Notes: generated from the sequence alone by a model not told the origin. Shown: positions 20,265 to 30,937, counted from the stretch's first letter. The stretch: 64,000 nucleotides of DNA from Opitutaceae bacterium (GCA_036261745.1 DATAKE010000099.1:38173-102172), one strand, 5' to 3'. Made by a program: numbers and translations.

Positions 20265-22082
20265 TTAGAACCGCGTGCCGGAGCCCATGAGGAAGTGTTC
20301 GGCGACCGGTCCGATCGCGAGGGCCGGCAGGAAAGTCAGCGCACCCACGAGCAGAACCGTGCCGATGAGCAGCACGATGAAGGTGAAGCCCTCGACCTTG
20401 AACGTGCCGGCGCTGGCGGGGACGAGTTTCTTGCCGGCAAGGTTTCCGGCGAGCGCGAGGATCGGGACGATCATCAGGAAACGGCCGGCGAGCATCGCGA
20501 GGCCGAGCGTGGTGTTGTAGTGCGGATCACCGCCGGAGGGATTGGCCGTGAGGCCGGCGAAGGCCGAGCCGTTGTTGCCCACGGCTGAACTGAAGGCGTA
20601 GAGAATTTCGCTGAAGCCGTGTGGTCCTGCATTGTTGAGTCCGGCCTGGCCCCAGCCGGAAACGCTCGCCCATGCGGTGAAGGTAAGCGTAGCGGCGGAC
20701 GTGACGATGAGGACGAGCATCACGAGCTTCACGTCGTAGGCCTGGATTTTTTTGCCGAGATATTCGGGTGTGCGGCCGACCATCAGCCCGGCGATGAAGA
20801 CGGCGAGAATCACGAAGATGAGCATGCCATAGAGGCCGGCGCCGACGCCGCCGAAGATGACTTCGCCGGTTTGCATGTTGAAGAGCGGCACCAGCCCGCC
20901 GATCGGAGTGAACGAATCGTGCATGGAGTTGACGGCACCGCACGAGGCGGCGGTCGTGATCGTGGCGAAGAGGGCGGAGTTGAAGACGCCGAAGCGGGTC
21001 TCCTTCCCCTCCATGTTTCCGTCCGCAGCTGCGACTCCGAGATTTTGGTGGATGGGATTCCCGGCAGCCTCGGCGTTCCAGGCGACGAGTGTGCCCGCGA
21101 CGAACATCGCAAACATCGCGCCCCACACCGCCCAGCCGTGACGCGGGTTTTTTACCGTCCGGCCCAGCCAGTAGGTGAGCGCGCTCGGGATCGCGAAGAT
21201 CGAGAGCATCTGGAAAAAATTGGAGAGCGGCGTGGGATTCTCGAAGGGATGAGCGGCGTTGGCGTTGACGTAGCCACCACCGTTCGTGCCGAGCATTTTG
21301 ATCGCGACCTGCGAGGCCATCGGGCCCTGGACGATCGTCTGCGTGTCGATCGATTTATCGACCATGACCGGAGTTTTGCCGTCGGCTGCGAGGACCGGAG
21401 CGCCGGCGTCGTCGGTTTTTGGAACCTGGATGGAGTAGGGCTCAAATGTTTTCGCGACGGCGTAGGGCCGGAAGTTTTGAATCATGCCTTGCGAAACGAG
21501 AAACAACGCGAAGACGACGGAGAGCGGCGCGAGCAGGTAGTAAGTGACGCGCACCACATCGACCCAGAAGTTGCCGATGGTCTGCGCGCTCTGACGGGCA
21601 ATGCCCCGGACAAGGGCCGCGGCGATGCCGATGCCGGCGGCGGCCGACGTGAAGTTGTGCAGCGTCAGACCGACCATCTGGGAGAAATACGACAGCGTCG
21701 ATTCGCCGCCATAGCTCTGCCAGTTGGTGTTGGTGGCGAAACTGGCGGCGGTGTTGAACGCGAGCGCCGGCGACAGTCCGGCGAAGCCCTGCGGGTTCAG
21801 TGGCAGGAGGTGTTGAAAGCGCAGGATGAAATAGGTGACGAGCAGACCGACGCTGCTGAACGCCAGCAGGGCGAACGTGTAGCCGAGCCAGCCCTGCTCT
21901 TTTCCGGCGTCGATTCCGCACACGCGATACGTGAGCCGCTCGACGGGACGGATCACCGGGTCGAGAAACGTCCGCCCGCGCGGATCGAGCACACGCACGA
22001 GATAAAGCCCGAGCGGCTTCGTGACGAGCAGCAGTGCGCCGACGAAGAGGGCGAATTGAAACCAGGCGTTCGCGTTGTTCAT
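20265..22082 (-). CDS. kdpA: K+-transporting ATPase subunit A
   Basis: 605-aa polytopic protein of the KdpA family. Its ATG directly abuts the kdpF stop. Confidence 0.95.
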   Translation of the reverse strand: MNNANAWFQFALFVGALLLVTKPLGLYLVRVLDPRGRTFLDPVIRPVERLTYRVCGIDAGKEQGWLGYTFALLAFSSVGLLVTYFILRFQHLLPLNPQGFAGLSPALAFNTAASFATNTNWQSYGGESTLSYFSQMVGLTLHNFTSAAAGIGIAAALVRGIARQSAQTIGNFWVDVVRVTYYLLAPLSVVFALFLVSQGMIQNFRPYAVAKTFEPYSIQVPKTDDAGAPVLAADGKTPVMVDKSIDTQTIVQGPMASQVAIKMLGTNGGGYVNANAAHPFENPTPLSNFFQMLSIFAIPSALTYWLGRTVKNPRHGWAVWGAMFAMFVAGTLVAWNAEAAGNPIHQNLGVAAADGNMEGKETRFGVFNSALFATITTAASCGAVNSMHDSFTPIGGLVPLFNMQTGEVIFGGVGAGLYGMLIFVILAVFIAGLMVGRTPEYLGKKIQAYDVKLVMLVLIVTSAATLTFTAWASVSGWGQAGLNNAGPHGFSEILYAFSSAVGNNGSAFAGLTANPSGGDPHYNTTLGLAMLAGRFLMIVPILALAGNLAGKKLVPASAGTFKVEGFTFIVLLIGTVLLVGALTFLPALAIGPVAEHFLMGSGTRF

Positions 22083-22166
22083 TTAGAATTTCTCCGGGCG
22101 CAAGACTGCCACGACGAGATAGGCGAGGAGACCGAGGGCGATCAGGCCGATGATGATATTTTCCAT
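22083..22166 (-). CDS. kdpF: K+-transporting ATPase subunit F (27 aa)
   Basis: Manual translation gives MENIIIGLIALGLLAYLVVAVLRPEKF, a single TM helix. The stop is TAA, immediately followed by the kdpA ATG. It is below the cutoff of the supplied ORF track. Confidence 0.7.
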   Translation of the reverse strand: MENIIIGLIALGLLAYLVVAVLRPEKF

Positions 22167-22191
22167 GACAGTTGAAGAGTCGGAGGGAAGC

Positions 22192-22284
22192 TCAACGGAC
22201 GGTCTCGCAGAAGCGGGCGTAGGCAGCGCTGAAAAGGAAAAAGGCGATGGCGGCCGCGACAAAGATGAGGTCTTGCAGATTCAT
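22192..22284 (-). CDS. possible 30-aa hydrophobic peptide upstream of kdpF
   Basis: Manual translation gives MNLQDLIFVAAAIAFFLFSAAYARFCETVR. There is no clear Shine-Dalgarno sequence and it could be a chance ORF. Confidence 0.2.
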   Translation of the reverse strand: MNLQDLIFVAAAIAFFLFSAAYARFCETVR

Positions 22285-22390
22285 GCCGCCACTATGGCAG
22301 CGATGTGACCGCGCGCCTAATCAAGTGAAAGCGCCTGGACGTTAAGAAAACATCAAGTCCGATGCGACCGGACGAGTTTAGGCTCTCCTT

Positions 22391-24217
22391 TTGGCGTCAG
22401 CACCCGCACGGTGGGGCATGGAAAAACGTTTGTTTACCGAACTCGGCCTTTCACCGGAAATTCTCAAGGCCGTCGACAAGATGGGCTTTGAGGAGGCGTC
22501 GCCGATTCAATCCGCGGTGATCCCGACCATCATGGAGGGCCGCGATGTCGTCGGCCAGTCCTCCACGGGCTCGGGCAAGACCGTGGCCTTCGCCATCCCG
22601 GCGATCGAGAAAGTGGACCCGAAGATTCGCGCGGTGCAGGTCCTGATCCTCTGTCCCACGCGCGAACTCGCCGTGCAGGTCGCGGAGGAAACCGGGAAGA
22701 TCGCCCTCTTCAAACGCGGCGTGATGGGCGTGCCGATCTACGGCGGGCAGAGCTACGAGCGCCAGTTCCGCGCGCTGGCTGCGGGTGCGCAGGTCGTCAT
22801 CGGCACGCCCGGCCGCGTGATGGATCACATGGAGCGCGGCACGATGAAGCTCGACCAGCTCAAGCTGGTGATCCTCGACGAGACCGACCGCATGCTCGAC
22901 ATGGGCTTCCGCGACGACATCGAGCACATCCTGAAATCCGTGCCGGCGACGCGCCAGCTGCTGTTCTTCTCGGCGACCATCCCGCGCGCGATTCAGGATT
23001 TGATCAGCCGCTATTCGAAGGATCCGGCGTGGATCAAGATCGAGTCGGTGGCGCAGAACGCGCCGCAGGTGGAGCAGACCTATTTCGAAGTGGACCGACG
23101 CTCGAAGATCGAGGCCCTCACGCGGCTCATCGATGTGCACGATTTCCGCTACGGGATCATTTTCTGCAGCACGAAGATCATGGTCGACGACCTCGACGAG
23201 CACCTGCACTCGCGGGGCTACATGACCGACCGCCTCCACGGCGACATCACGCAGGCGCAACGCGATCGCGTAATGGACAAGTTCCGGCGTCGCGGCTTCG
23301 AGTTTCTCGTCGCGACCGACGTCGCGGCGCGCGGACTCGACGTCGACGACCTCGAGGTCGTGTTCAACTTCGATCTGCCGAACGACGCCGAGGACTACAC
23401 GCACCGCATCGGCCGCACCGGTCGCGCGGGGCGGAAGGGGCAGGCGTTCACCTTCGTTTCCGGCCAGGAGATCTACAAACTCCAGAGCATGGTGCGCTGG
23501 GCGAAGCTGAACATTCAGCGCGGAAAAATCCCGTCGCTGGATGAAGTGGAGGAGGCGCGCTCGAGTGTGTTCGTGGAGAAGATCCGCGCGACGCTGGATG
23601 CGAAGAAGTTCAAGCCGCACGACCAGATGATCGACCGCCTGCTCGACCAGGGCTACGCAAGCACCGACATCTGCTCGGCCTTGATCCACATGTTGCAGCA
23701 GGGCGCCGGTGCGCCAGCCGCCGCGGCGAAGCCTGCGACCGCGCCGGTGAAACCCGCGTTTGGAAAAACGGTGACCACCGTCGTGCCTCCCGCCAAGCCC
23801 GCGCCCGCGTGGGCCAAGCCTGTGGCGACACCCAAGGTCAAAGCCGAACCTGAACGCGCAGCTCCCGCAGCCGCCGCCGAACCCGTTGCCGAGGCTCCCG
23901 CCGCCGAGACGGATGACCGCCCCCGCAAAACAAAATACGAACGCCCCGCGCGCACCGGCCGTGAACCCGGCAAGGCGACGATCTTCCTGAACGTCGGCCG
24001 CAAGGATCTCGTGACCCCCGCGGACATCGTCGGGAAGATCGCGGGCGTGACGCGGCTGCCCGCCGCGATTGTGGGCGCGATCGATATTCACCAGCGACAC
24101 GTTCTGGTCGACGTCGATGCCGACAGTGCTCCGCTCGTCGTGGAAAAACTCGCAGGCATAAAACTGAAAGGCGTGGCGCTCGCTCCCGCAATGGCGGACG
24201 AGGCGCCGAAGGAGTAG
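22391..24217 (+). CDS. deaD: DEAD-box ATP-dependent RNA helicase (DeaD/CsdA-like) with a C-terminal DbpA-type RNA-binding extension
   Basis: Motifs GQSSTGSGKT, PTRELA, DEAD (ILDETDRM), SAT, ARGLDV and HRIGRTGRAG are present. The start may be the internal MEKRLFTELGL (22418). Confidence 0.9.
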   Translation: MASAPARWGMEKRLFTELGLSPEILKAVDKMGFEEASPIQSAVIPTIMEGRDVVGQSSTGSGKTVAFAIPAIEKVDPKIRAVQVLILCPTRELAVQVAEETGKIALFKRGVMGVPIYGGQSYERQFRALAAGAQVVIGTPGRVMDHMERGTMKLDQLKLVILDETDRMLDMGFRDDIEHILKSVPATRQLLFFSATIPRAIQDLISRYSKDPAWIKIESVAQNAPQVEQTYFEVDRRSKIEALTRLIDVHDFRYGIIFCSTKIMVDDLDEHLHSRGYMTDRLHGDITQAQRDRVMDKFRRRGFEFLVATDVAARGLDVDDLEVVFNFDLPNDAEDYTHRIGRTGRAGRKGQAFTFVSGQEIYKLQSMVRWAKLNIQRGKIPSLDEVEEARSSVFVEKIRATLDAKKFKPHDQMIDRLLDQGYASTDICSALIHMLQQGAGAPAAAAKPATAPVKPAFGKTVTTVVPPAKPAPAWAKPVATPKVKAEPERAAPAAAAEPVAEAPAAETDDRPRKTKYERPARTGREPGKATIFLNVGRKDLVTPADIVGKIAGVTRLPAAIVGAIDIHQRHVLVDVDADSAPLVVEKLAGIKLKGVALAPAMADEAPKE

Positions 24218-24287
24218 GCGCGGTTGCGGGCTAGACTGCACGAGCCGCAACCCGGTTGGTCCCAATCACCCTGTTGGGCAAAGAGCC

Positions 24288-24605
24288 ATGCCAAGAAAGC
24301 CTGAGCGCATTTTGCCGTTTCGCGACACGCCTGACGTGCGAGAGAGTTTTGGCGCGATGTTGAATTTAGGACCAAAGTCGTCCGCTTGGCTCATTGAAGC
24401 TGGAATCAAATCGATGGACGAAGTGCGGCGATTGGGTCCCATCGAGGTCTGCCGCCAACTTCGGGCTAGGGGACATCCGGTTTCGGTCGTGATGGCTTAT
24501 GCGCTCGAAGGTGCACTCGCGGGTTGTCATTGGAATGCGATTCCATGGGAGACAAAAGACGAGTTGCGTCTGAGATTCGCCAAGATGAAAGCAGCGGAAG
24601 CATGA
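24288..24605 (+). CDS. TfoX C-terminal-domain-like small protein
   Basis: The 105-aa sequence LGPKSSAWLIEAGIKSMDEVRRLGPIEVCRQLRARGHP...AIPWETKDELR resembles stand-alone TfoX_C proteins. Confidence 0.4.
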   Translation: MPRKPERILPFRDTPDVRESFGAMLNLGPKSSAWLIEAGIKSMDEVRRLGPIEVCRQLRARGHPVSVVMAYALEGALAGCHWNAIPWETKDELRLRFAKMKAAEA

Positions 24606-24676
24606 AGGGCCCAGAGCCCACCCAGGCGCTACAGCCCACGAGCACATCCGTCACGTCTCGTGCTGGCTGATCTTTA

Positions 24677-25135
24677 ATGTTCGGCAAAATGAACCGGGTG
24701 CTTCCCATCCTGCTTTCGGCGCTCGCGTTTTGTTTGGTGGCTTGCAGCCCCAGTGAACGCTTGAGGCGGGATGTTACCATTCAGAACGACTCAAAAAATC
24801 AGCTGGACTGGGTGTCAGTGAAATGGGGTGGGAGGGTGTTCGGGGCGGGCATAATGCCACCGGGCAAAGGTGCGACGATCATCGACGCCAGCCTGCCCGC
24901 CAACGTGACCGCGAAGGTGGCCATCATCGAGTTCATCGACGAAGATGCGCCTGGATTGAATTGGAAGTCAGGCTCGAATGAGGAAGTGCGGGCACGGAGA
25001 GCAGAGTCGTGGACGCGTGTGCCGGTCGACATCACCCAGCTGTCACAGATTAGCGGCCAATCCTGCCATATTACGTTTCGAATTCTCAGCCTCACAGACG
25101 CGGAGGTCCGGGTCGAAAGAACAGCGGGAAAATGA
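24677..25135 (+). CDS. hypothetical lipoprotein
   Basis: Lipoprotein signal with lipobox (LSALAFCLVAC|S). No recognisable domain. Confidence 0.45.
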   Translation: MFGKMNRVLPILLSALAFCLVACSPSERLRRDVTIQNDSKNQLDWVSVKWGGRVFGAGIMPPGKGATIIDASLPANVTAKVAIIEFIDEDAPGLNWKSGSNEEVRARRAESWTRVPVDITQLSQISGQSCHITFRILSLTDAEVRVERTAGK

Positions 25136-25336
25136 AACGCCCTCGCCAGCCGCCAGAGGCAACCACGAGGCTGCGCGCTGGCACACTTCACCTCTGACGT
25201 CAGCGAAACCTGATGGGGGTGCCGCCCGTTGCGGCGGGTCAGCTGACACCTCTCGCGACAGTTGTCTGAAATCCCGTCCTCACTGACTTTTTTTGTCCGG
25301 TTTTTCCGGGGAGCGGGTAACTAGAGGGGAAAGGTC

Positions 25337-26860
25337 ATGACGAATGATGCCCAACTTTTACGCCGCTATCTCGACGAACGCTCGCAGGAGGCGTTTGCCG
25401 AGTTGGTGCGGCGTCACATCGGCTGGGTTTATCAGGCCGGATTGCGCCGGACCGGCGGCCGTCACGCTCTGGCGCAGGACGTGGCGCAGTATGTTTTCTC
25501 CGCAGTCGCGAATCACGCCGATGCTCTCTCGCGCCGCGAGTCTCTCGCCGGATGGCTCTATGTTACGGCGCGCTATGCGGCCAGCCGGGCGCTGCGCTCG
25601 GAAATTCGACGGCGCAAACACGAGACGGCGGCCCACGTCATGACGGAGCTGGAGCAGAGCAGTGAGGATCCCGAGTGGGACCGGATTCGTCCGGCGTTGG
25701 ATAAGGTGATGGACACATTGTCCGCGCGCGACCGCGAGGCGTTGCTGCTGCGTTTTTCCGACGGACTTGGCTTTGCCGGAATCGGCGCCGTCCTGGGCGT
25801 TTCCGAGGATGGGGCGCGCAAACGAGTCGAACGTTCGCTCGAAAAAATGCGCGTCCTCCTCGCGCGGCGTGGCGTGACGTCGACGGCGGCCGCGCTGGGC
25901 GGTTTGCTCGCAGCGCAGTCAACGGCTGCGGTGGCCGGCGATGTCGTGGCGGCGGTGACGAGCGGCGCATTGTCCGGTGCGGCTGTGCCGGGGGCATCGA
26001 TGCTGGGAGTTTTTCAATTTATGAACGCAACCAAAGCCACCCTCGGCGGCCTCGGTGCCGTCGCCGCCCTGTTGTGCATCGGCACGATGGGCATCGCGAT
26101 CGATCAAACCATGAAGGCGCGCGACGCCGAGGCGGCGTTGGCGCTCGCGGTGGGATCGCGCGAAAATGAAAGGCCGGCGCGACTCGACCCGCCGGAATCC
26201 GGCGCCACGGTTGCTCCGCGGGGGCGTGCGACCTCGCAGGCGGCGGCGGGCGTCACGGCGCGCGCCGATGCCAAGGCATTTCTCGCGGCGTTTGGCGGAA
26301 CGCTGGGTGCGCAGTACCGCGTGCGCAGCCAGCGTGAGATCGAGCAGCGGCATGCGCTGTTCTTTCGTCTCGCCAATCTTCCCGAAGAAAAACGGCGGGC
26401 CTTCGTCGCGCGCACCGTGCAGCTCTGGGAGGATTCCCTGGAAGTCACGCCGGGCAGCATCCTCGCGCGGGTCGACACACTCGACGAAGCCGCGTTGCGG
26501 GAGACTCTCGGCGAGGACGGATTCCGGCAGTGGAACGATCTGGTCACCCGGGCCGAGGTCGCAAAAACCTGGTCGATGGAAGTCGCGAAAGCGGCCAGCG
26601 CCGGATCGGAGCCGCTGACGCTGGATCAAATCGTCGAGTTGCATCAGATCGTGCGTGAGGAGAGTCGCGAGTACGGCGCCGGCGGAAAGATCAACGAACG
26701 GACGGTTGATTGGGAAGCGGTCGCACAGCGGGCGAGGGCCGTGTTGAACGGACCGCAGTGGGAACATGCGCAGTCCTATCTCTCGATGCGCGAGGCCATG
26801 CGTGCGTTGGAAAAACTTGCCGCGGCCGGCCCCGGTGTCGCGGCCGCCAACCCGCGATGA
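25337..26860 (+). CDS. ECF-sigma-like protein (sigma-70 regions 2 and 4) fused to a TM segment and a ~250-aa C-terminal domain
   Basis: The N-terminal 190 aa carry sigma region 2 (HIGWVYQAGLRRTGGRHALAQDVAQYVF) and region 4 (DREALLLRFSDGLGFAGIGAVLGVSEDGARKRVERSL). A hydrophobic stretch follows (VTSTAAALGGLLAA...). It is a paralog of the N-terminus of ORF 54403..55755. Confidence 0.65.
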   Translation: MTNDAQLLRRYLDERSQEAFAELVRRHIGWVYQAGLRRTGGRHALAQDVAQYVFSAVANHADALSRRESLAGWLYVTARYAASRALRSEIRRRKHETAAHVMTELEQSSEDPEWDRIRPALDKVMDTLSARDREALLLRFSDGLGFAGIGAVLGVSEDGARKRVERSLEKMRVLLARRGVTSTAAALGGLLAAQSTAAVAGDVVAAVTSGALSGAAVPGASMLGVFQFMNATKATLGGLGAVAALLCIGTMGIAIDQTMKARDAEAALALAVGSRENERPARLDPPESGATVAPRGRATSQAAAGVTARADAKAFLAAFGGTLGAQYRVRSQREIEQRHALFFRLANLPEEKRRAFVARTVQLWEDSLEVTPGSILARVDTLDEAALRETLGEDGFRQWNDLVTRAEVAKTWSMEVAKAASAGSEPLTLDQIVELHQIVREESREYGAGGKINERTVDWEAVAQRARAVLNGPQWEHAQSYLSMREAMRALEKLAAAGPGVAAANPR

Positions 26861-27717
26861 ACCGTCACCGCCGCTTCTTTTTCGCGACCATCGCCGTCGT
26901 GTGCGCGCTGGGAATTTTTCAGATCTCCCGTGCGGTTCGCGCGAGACACGAGGCCGAGGCCGCCTTGACGAAGCTCCTCGGGCCGCCGTCGGTTGCTTAC
27001 GCCGGGACTTCTGCTCGCGCCACGAATCCGGCGGGGGCGAAAGCGCCGAGTCAGGGGACACTCGAAGCGCCGCCGCCCGCGGCGGTCGCGCGTCCCGACG
27101 CGAGCCAGCTGATCGCAGCGCATCCGGAGGTGCTGGCACTTTTCCAAACGGCGTTTCTCGCGCGTTTCGAGTCGGAGTATCGGACTTATTTCGATCAGGT
27201 CGCGCTCGCTCCGGAGGGGGTTGCCCGTTTCAAAGCGAGACTGTTTCGGGACAAGGTTGACCAGCTCGATCTGCGTTGGACCGGCGAATCGCAGGGGGCG
27301 AAACGAAACGACCCCGTTTATCAGGCGCTGCGGAAACAGCAGGAGGAATCCCTGCGTGCGGACCTCCAGGCGATCGTGGGGCAGGCGGGCTACGAGGCGC
27401 TGGAGCAGTTCCGCCGCGCGAATGGCGTGCGTGGTTTCGTCGATGAGCTGGCGACGGGAATGACGTTTGCCGGCCAGCCGATGACGCTCGATCAGCAGGA
27501 TCAGCTGGTGCAGACGATCGCGGAGGCGAGCGCACGTTTTCAAAAAGGCGGGAGCGCGATGCCGTGGGATGCGAACTGGGATGCGATCATGGCGCAGGCG
27601 CCGTCGTTTCTGTCCGATGCGCAAGTCGCCGCCTTGCGGGAAAATGGCGACGAGCGGGTGCGGTTTGTGTGGCGGTTGCCGGAGTTCTACGCGCAGCACC
27701 GGGCGGAAGTGAAGTGA
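26856..27717 (+). CDS. membrane-anchored hypothetical protein, co-transcribed with the ECF-sigma-like gene
   Basis: The ATG overlaps the upstream TGA. There is one N-terminal TM (FFFATIAVVCALGIFQI). No recognisable domain. Confidence 0.45.
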
Positions 27718-27733
27718 GGGATGGATGCTCTAT

Positions 27734-27821
27734 TTGTCATTGCGAGGAGTCCCGCTCCGCGGGACGACGAAGCAATCCAGCTGGATCGCCACGGCGCGCT
27801 TCGCGCACCTCGCGATGACAA
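27734..27821. repeat. palindromic MITE-like element, family B (TTGTCATTGCGAGGAGTCCCGC...ATCCAGCTGGAT...CCTCGCGATGACAA), copy 1
   Basis: It is an imperfect ~88-bp palindrome centred on CCAGCTGG. A second copy lies at 33841..33927, and the two are near identical. Confidence 0.8.
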
Positions 27822-27898
27822 TTCAAATTGGGCGTCAAGATCGTCACGGCGCGCTTCTTGACACGCGCGCGCCGGCGCCCTTATGCCATCGGCCCCGT

Positions 27899-28516
27899 AT
27901 GGAGATCGCATTGGATCAACCCGTGCTGGTTTTGAACCGCTTGTGGCAGGCGGTGAATGTCATCGGCGCGCGTCGCGCTTTCGGGCTCCTGGCCCGCGGG
28001 CACGCGCAGGTCGTGCATCACCACGACGACGATTTCCGGACCTTTGCCCTGCTCGACTGGCTGGATTTCTCGGTGAACAACCCGCCGATCGCGGAGATGG
28101 AAACGGTGCGGACGCCGAGCCGCACGATCCGGCTGCCGCGGGTGATCCTGCTGACATTTTTCGACAAGCTGCCGTGCAAGGAGCTGAAGCTGACGCGCAA
28201 CAATGTTTTCCAGCGCGACAAGTCGACCTGCCAGTATTGCTCCCGCGTGCTGCCGCGCGAACAGCTCAATCTCGATCACGTGATCCCGCGCGACTACGGT
28301 GGGAAAACCACTTGGGAAAACATCGTGTGCTCGTGCATCAAATGTAATTCGCGCAAGGCGAACCGGCTCCCCCACGAGGCGGGCATGCGGCTCGTCCGCA
28401 AACCCATCCGCCCGAAATGGCGTCCGGTTATTTCGCTGGTGCTCGGCAAGCAGCACCACGAAGTTTGGAAGGACTTCCTCGACGTCGCGTACTGGAACGT
28501 CGAGCTCGAGGAATAG
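27899..28516 (+). CDS. HNH endonuclease family protein
   Basis: Two CxxC pairs and an HNH core are present (CQYCSRV...LNLDHVIPRDYGGKTTWENIVCSCIKCNSRK). The upstream in-frame extension of the ORF runs through repeat B and is not part of the gene. Confidence 0.75.
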   Translation: MEIALDQPVLVLNRLWQAVNVIGARRAFGLLARGHAQVVHHHDDDFRTFALLDWLDFSVNNPPIAEMETVRTPSRTIRLPRVILLTFFDKLPCKELKLTRNNVFQRDKSTCQYCSRVLPREQLNLDHVIPRDYGGKTTWENIVCSCIKCNSRKANRLPHEAGMRLVRKPIRPKWRPVISLVLGKQHHEVWKDFLDVAYWNVELEE

Positions 28517-28529
28517 GCCGTCGGCTCGG

Positions 28530-28601
28530 CTGTAGGAGCGGCTTTACGCCGCGATGGCTTTTCGACCCCGGTGAGATCGCGGCGTAAAGCCGCTCCTACA
28601 G
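28530..28601. repeat. REP-like palindromic element family A, copy 2
   Basis: Same 25-bp arms as copy 1. It sits between convergent genes (HNH + and small membrane protein -). Confidence 0.85.
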
Positions 28602-28614
28602 CACAACCGGAGGC

Positions 28615-28845
28615 TTACTTCCCGCTGAATTTCTGGCGGGCGACCAGCCAGAGGACGGCGGCGATGACGACGTCGCCGGCGGCGACCATCGCGCGGATCG
28701 GGAACGGAACCTTGTTCAACGGCAGAGTGACGAGGGCGATGGCGCTCAGCACGAGCAACCCGCAGGCCAGCAGCACGGAGGTTTTCTGACGGGCCCGCTG
28801 CTGGGTGAGAAGCGGGTCGTTCGACGGCGGAAGTTCAGAGGACAT
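28615..28845 (-). CDS. small two-TM membrane protein
   Basis: 76 aa with two hydrophobic helices. No further support. Confidence 0.35.
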   Translation of the reverse strand: MSSELPPSNDPLLTQQRARQKTSVLLACGLLVLSAIALVTLPLNKVPFPIRAMVAAGDVVIAAVLWLVARQKFSGK

Positions 28846-28963
28846 GGCGAAGAGTTTTTGAGCCGCGAATGGATGCGAATGAAGGCGGATGGAAAACAGA
28901 CTCGGACGATTTGCCCGGGGATTTGCGTCGGTTTGCGTGCATTTGCGGTTCGATCGTTCCGGC

Positions 28964-30727
28964 TCAGCGGGCGAGGGGAAGGGTGAGACGCATGGTCGTG
29001 CCCTCGGGCGAAGAGTGGAGGAGGATGATGTCGCCGTGGTGGCTGATCAGGATGCGTTTTGCGATCGCCAGTCCGAGGCCGGTGCCGTCGGGACGGGTGG
29101 AGAGAAACGAATCGAAGATGCGGTCGCGGATTTCCGCCGGGATGCCGGAGCCGGTGTCGGCGAGATCCAGGCGGGCGTAGTGGGCGGGGCCGCGTTCTTC
29201 GCTGCTGGCGGTGAGGGTGATCGTGCCGCCGTCGGGCATCGCGTGCGTGGCGTTGATGATCAGGTTCAGCAGGACCTGTTGCAGCTGGCCCTTGTGGGCC
29301 TCGACGATGAGCGGCAGCGGCGGAGGATCGAACCGCACGTGGATTTTGCTCTGCGTCAGTTTCAGTCGGACGAGAACCAGCGTGTCTTCGATGATGTCGG
29401 CGAGAGACCAGCGCGAATGCAGGCTCGAGGGGGCTTTCGCGAAATTCAGCACGCGGCTCACGATGGCCTCGAGCTGGTCGAGCTTTTCGCGGATCACCCG
29501 CATGTCGGTTCGCCGCGGATCGTTTTCCGGAAAATCCAGGCCGATGCCGCCGTGGAGCAGTTTCAGGACGGTGAGGGGGTTGCGGATTTCGTGGGCAATT
29601 TCGGCGGCGAGGAGGCCGAGCGTGGTGAGGCGCTCGTTTTTGCGCAGCGAGTCCTCGCTTTTGAAAACGCGCGCGTAGAGCCGCGCGTTTTGCAGCGCGA
29701 CGGCGCCAAGGCTCGCGAGCGCGGCGCAGAGGCGCTTCTCGTCGTTGTCGAAGCGATGCACGTGGTTCGTGAACATCGCCAAAACGCCCAGCACCTCGCC
29801 TTCGTAGAGCACCGGCGTGGCGAGAAGGGAGCGGAGTTTTTCGTCGGGAGGGATGTCCGCGAGTTCGCTGAACTCCGGCGAAAGGATGTTGTTGAACGCA
29901 ACCTGCCGGCGCGTGTGGATCGCGGCGGCCACGAGACAGGAGTCGAGCGGCAGCTCGGGAGCGGGGAGTGCGAGCACGCTTTCGCTTTCACTGGCGAGCG
30001 AGACGAAGCGGATGGTGCCGTTGCCGCCGTCGTAGAGGTAGAGGGCGCAGGCGTGGGTCTGCGTCATCGCGCGCGCATCGCGGGTGAGCGTGTCGAACAG
30101 CTCCTGCTGCTCGAGTTTCGAGACGAGCGACTGTCCGGTGCTGATGAGGGCTTCGAGCTGGCGGGCTTTGCCGCGAAGATGAGCGAGTTGCCAGAGGCGC
30201 TGCATGACGCGCGCGGCTTCGTCGGCGAGTTGTTGTAACAGAGCGAGGTCGGCTTCGTCGAAGCCGCCGACGCGGTCGCATTCGAGGTCGATCACGCCGA
30301 GCATCTGATCGCCGTCGCGCATGGGTGCGGCCATCTCGCAGCGCGCCGAGGCGCGCACGGCGATGTAGCGCGGTTCCTCCGCGACGTCGCGCACGAGGAC
30401 GGCGCGACCGTTGAGGACGCACCAGCCGGTGATGCCGTGGCCGGGTTTGAGACCGAGGTCGCCATCGCCATCCACCGGGGTTTCCGTGGAGACCTCGGTT
30501 TCGAGGCGGTCGGTACTGGGGTTGAGGAGGGAGATTGAGCCGGCGTCGGCCTTAAATGTCGTGACCAGTTCGTTCAGGATCAGGGTAAGCGCGCTGTGCG
30601 GATCCTCGTCACGGCCGACCAAGGAGGACAACCGGTAGAGCGCGGGGATGGCGCGGGGATCCGGGGAGACCGGATTGGGGATACCGGAAACCTGAGAGGC
30701 AGAGCGGGAAAGGCGACTATTTGCCAC
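28964..30727 (-). CDS. GAF-domain sensor histidine kinase
   Basis: Two GAF-like regions are followed by HisKA (HEIRNPLTVL) and HATPase_c (GTGLGLAIAKRIL). Confidence 0.85.
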   Translation of the reverse strand: MANSRLSRSASQVSGIPNPVSPDPRAIPALYRLSSLVGRDEDPHSALTLILNELVTTFKADAGSISLLNPSTDRLETEVSTETPVDGDGDLGLKPGHGITGWCVLNGRAVLVRDVAEEPRYIAVRASARCEMAAPMRDGDQMLGVIDLECDRVGGFDEADLALLQQLADEAARVMQRLWQLAHLRGKARQLEALISTGQSLVSKLEQQELFDTLTRDARAMTQTHACALYLYDGGNGTIRFVSLASESESVLALPAPELPLDSCLVAAAIHTRRQVAFNNILSPEFSELADIPPDEKLRSLLATPVLYEGEVLGVLAMFTNHVHRFDNDEKRLCAALASLGAVALQNARLYARVFKSEDSLRKNERLTTLGLLAAEIAHEIRNPLTVLKLLHGGIGLDFPENDPRRTDMRVIREKLDQLEAIVSRVLNFAKAPSSLHSRWSLADIIEDTLVLVRLKLTQSKIHVRFDPPPLPLIVEAHKGQLQQVLLNLIINATHAMPDGGTITLTASSEERGPAHYARLDLADTGSGIPAEIRDRIFDSFLSTRPDGTGLGLAIAKRILISHHGDIILLHSSPEGTTMRLTLPLAR

Positions 30728-30937
30728 GTCGCGCAGTGTGGGGCGGGCGAGTGCGATGGCCAGTATTTCTGAGGATAGGACGGGACCGCTTGTGCTTCCT
30801 CTGGTGTAGCAGCCGAGGTGACGAGGCTGGGCGGCGCAGGGAAAACAGCCTCGTTACCTAAATCAGCCTGCCTAAAACAGCCTCGTTACCTCGGCTGCTA
30901 CGGAGCGCGACGAGGCGGGCCCAGGTCCCGCTTTACT

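Noticed and set aside
27725-28516. 263-aa version of the HNH endonuclease gene
   Set aside because: The N-terminal 58 codons are translated from the palindromic repeat B. HNH homology and a plausible start begin at the ATG at 27899.
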